Source of the DNA: Saccostrea echinata
Taxonomy: Eukaryota
Reading direction: 5' to 3'
Assembly (NCBI RefSeq): GCF_033153115.1
Contig: NW_026889758.1
Location: 24,986,001 to 25,050,000, forward strand
DNA length: 64,000 nt
Of the stretch, positions 62,661 to 64,000 are shown one piece after another (position 1 is the stretch's first letter; every line of letters begins with the position of its first letter). The notes under the pieces are model-generated. The model had not been told where the DNA came from and searched no databases. It saw only the letters and a list, made by a program, of their open reading frames with translations. Position numbers and translations under genes: made by a program.

Positions 62661-63689
62661 ACATAAACATGCCTAAGTATAGTTTACTGCTCTTCTCTGC
62701 TATGGCTGGGCGAGAAGAAAGAGGGAAATAATTCTTGCTGTACATACAGCGCTATGGTTCCCGAAAAACACTTTATAATCACGATTTTTTTGTTGAGAAA
62801 AATTAAAGGTGCATTTTTATGATCAAATGCTGCTGATAACTTTTGTTCCTACCCGGTGCACTCGAGAATTCCATTATTACGTATTTGAGAAGCAATGCTG
62901 TAATAAACGTATAATATCAAATTATGGGAAAGAAAACAAGGTGAAAATCTTAAATTTTACAGTCAACAATTTGCGTTAAAGTTATTTGCATTTACACATG
63001 TTAATCGATCTGAAATTCTGATTGAGTTCATCTTTGGGACTTTCAAGGAGAAAATTTAAATTAAGCAGGAATTTGCATTAAATCAATTATATTTACACAT
63101 GCTAATCACTCTCAGTCTGTTTAAGCCTTGCTATTCTTGTAAGTTCTTTGGGCTTTCCAACAAATTAAAAAAAACCCATGAGTTGTCGCTCTTTATACCT
63201 CACTGCTTGAGCTGTATTGAAGAATTTTATTTACCACATGAACAAGGAATATAATCATATAAAGTCATATAATGCAAAGTGATCAATCTCATAAATTCTG
63301 TAAACAATAAAAATCATGAACAAGGAGGAGTGTACTCTAAATTTAGTGTACAAACAATGGCCGAACAATTTTATGAAACACCAAAGGGTAGGTTATATTT
63401 GCAAACAAGGTCATTATGACGACCATATATATTGCAAAGCATAATTAGATTGTTGAAAGTCCTGTAATATCAACTTATTCATCGGTAGTCTGTCTCGTTA
63501 AAGATTGAATGTCCTTGCGTACCATATCAGTTGGGAGATTAATTAATGTAGTGGAATATTTCTAGGGTATTCCTGCAATATATTTGCTATTTGCACTTTA
63601 AAATGTTTAGAAATATTATTAGTTACACAGTCATTTAGGGACATAATACGGAGTCATACAGGGTGTGAAATGGAAATCCGTATTGGGCG

Positions 63690-64000
63690 AGGCAAAGCGG
63701 GCTTTGATGGAAGCTTTTAGTACTGCACGAGGATTACTACAGGCGCTGTCCCTGATGATACGTGGTGTACTCTGGATGTGAAGAATTCTTAGTGATGGTT
63801 TGTCTTCTTTCTACCTCTCCAAAAACCGCACGCTATTAGTAGGAATCAAATGCTTTTTCCACTGTGTTCTTCCATACAGCTTTGGTCGGCGGGTCTTTCA
63901 TAATCTCGTAGGCATGTGGAAGGTTATACTTCTGTAGTAAGAATCTAATGTAGACGAACCAGCTATGGCTACTTTCGTCTTCAATTGAGAGCTGTCTGCT
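63690..64000 (-). mobile_element. Non-LTR retrotransposon ORF2 fragment (post-RT region), running off the window end
   Basis: Minus-strand translation RQLSIEDESSHSWFVYIRFLLQKYNLPHAYEIMKDPPTKAVWKNTVEKAFDSY*, then ..NPRAVLKASIKARF. Resembles LINE C-termini as recalled; no search was run. Confidence 0.6.

Overview
AT-rich, intron-containing animal genomic DNA. The gene and repeat content (HSPA12, ependymin-related duplicates, pearl/HINE-type elements) suggests a bivalve, probably an oyster; this is inference. Seven intact genes were assembled by hand from GT-AG junctions, each in a consistent reading frame: cardiolipin synthase CRLS1 (-, 7 exons), HSPA12 (+, 4 exons), two tandem GH65 PGGHG/ATHL1-like glucosidases (+, 11 exons each), two ependymin-related genes (+, 5 exons each), and a carbohydrate sulfotransferase (-, 2 exons) between the two ependymin-related genes. 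The rest is dense in non-autonomous transposons plus decayed Penelope-like, DIRS-like and LINE fragments. The most striking observation is that two intronic minisatellites are copies of the splice junction next to them. CRLS1 intron 5 holds about 25-30 copies of the exon-6 acceptor and exon start, and each 95-bp unit looks like a phase-matched mini-exon. Intron 3 of the first ependymin gene holds about 12 copies of the exon-3 donor, mostly GT->GC. Also notable: the second PGGHG paralogue has a signal peptide and a GPI-type tail, and the paralogue pairs show apparent gene-conversion tracts.
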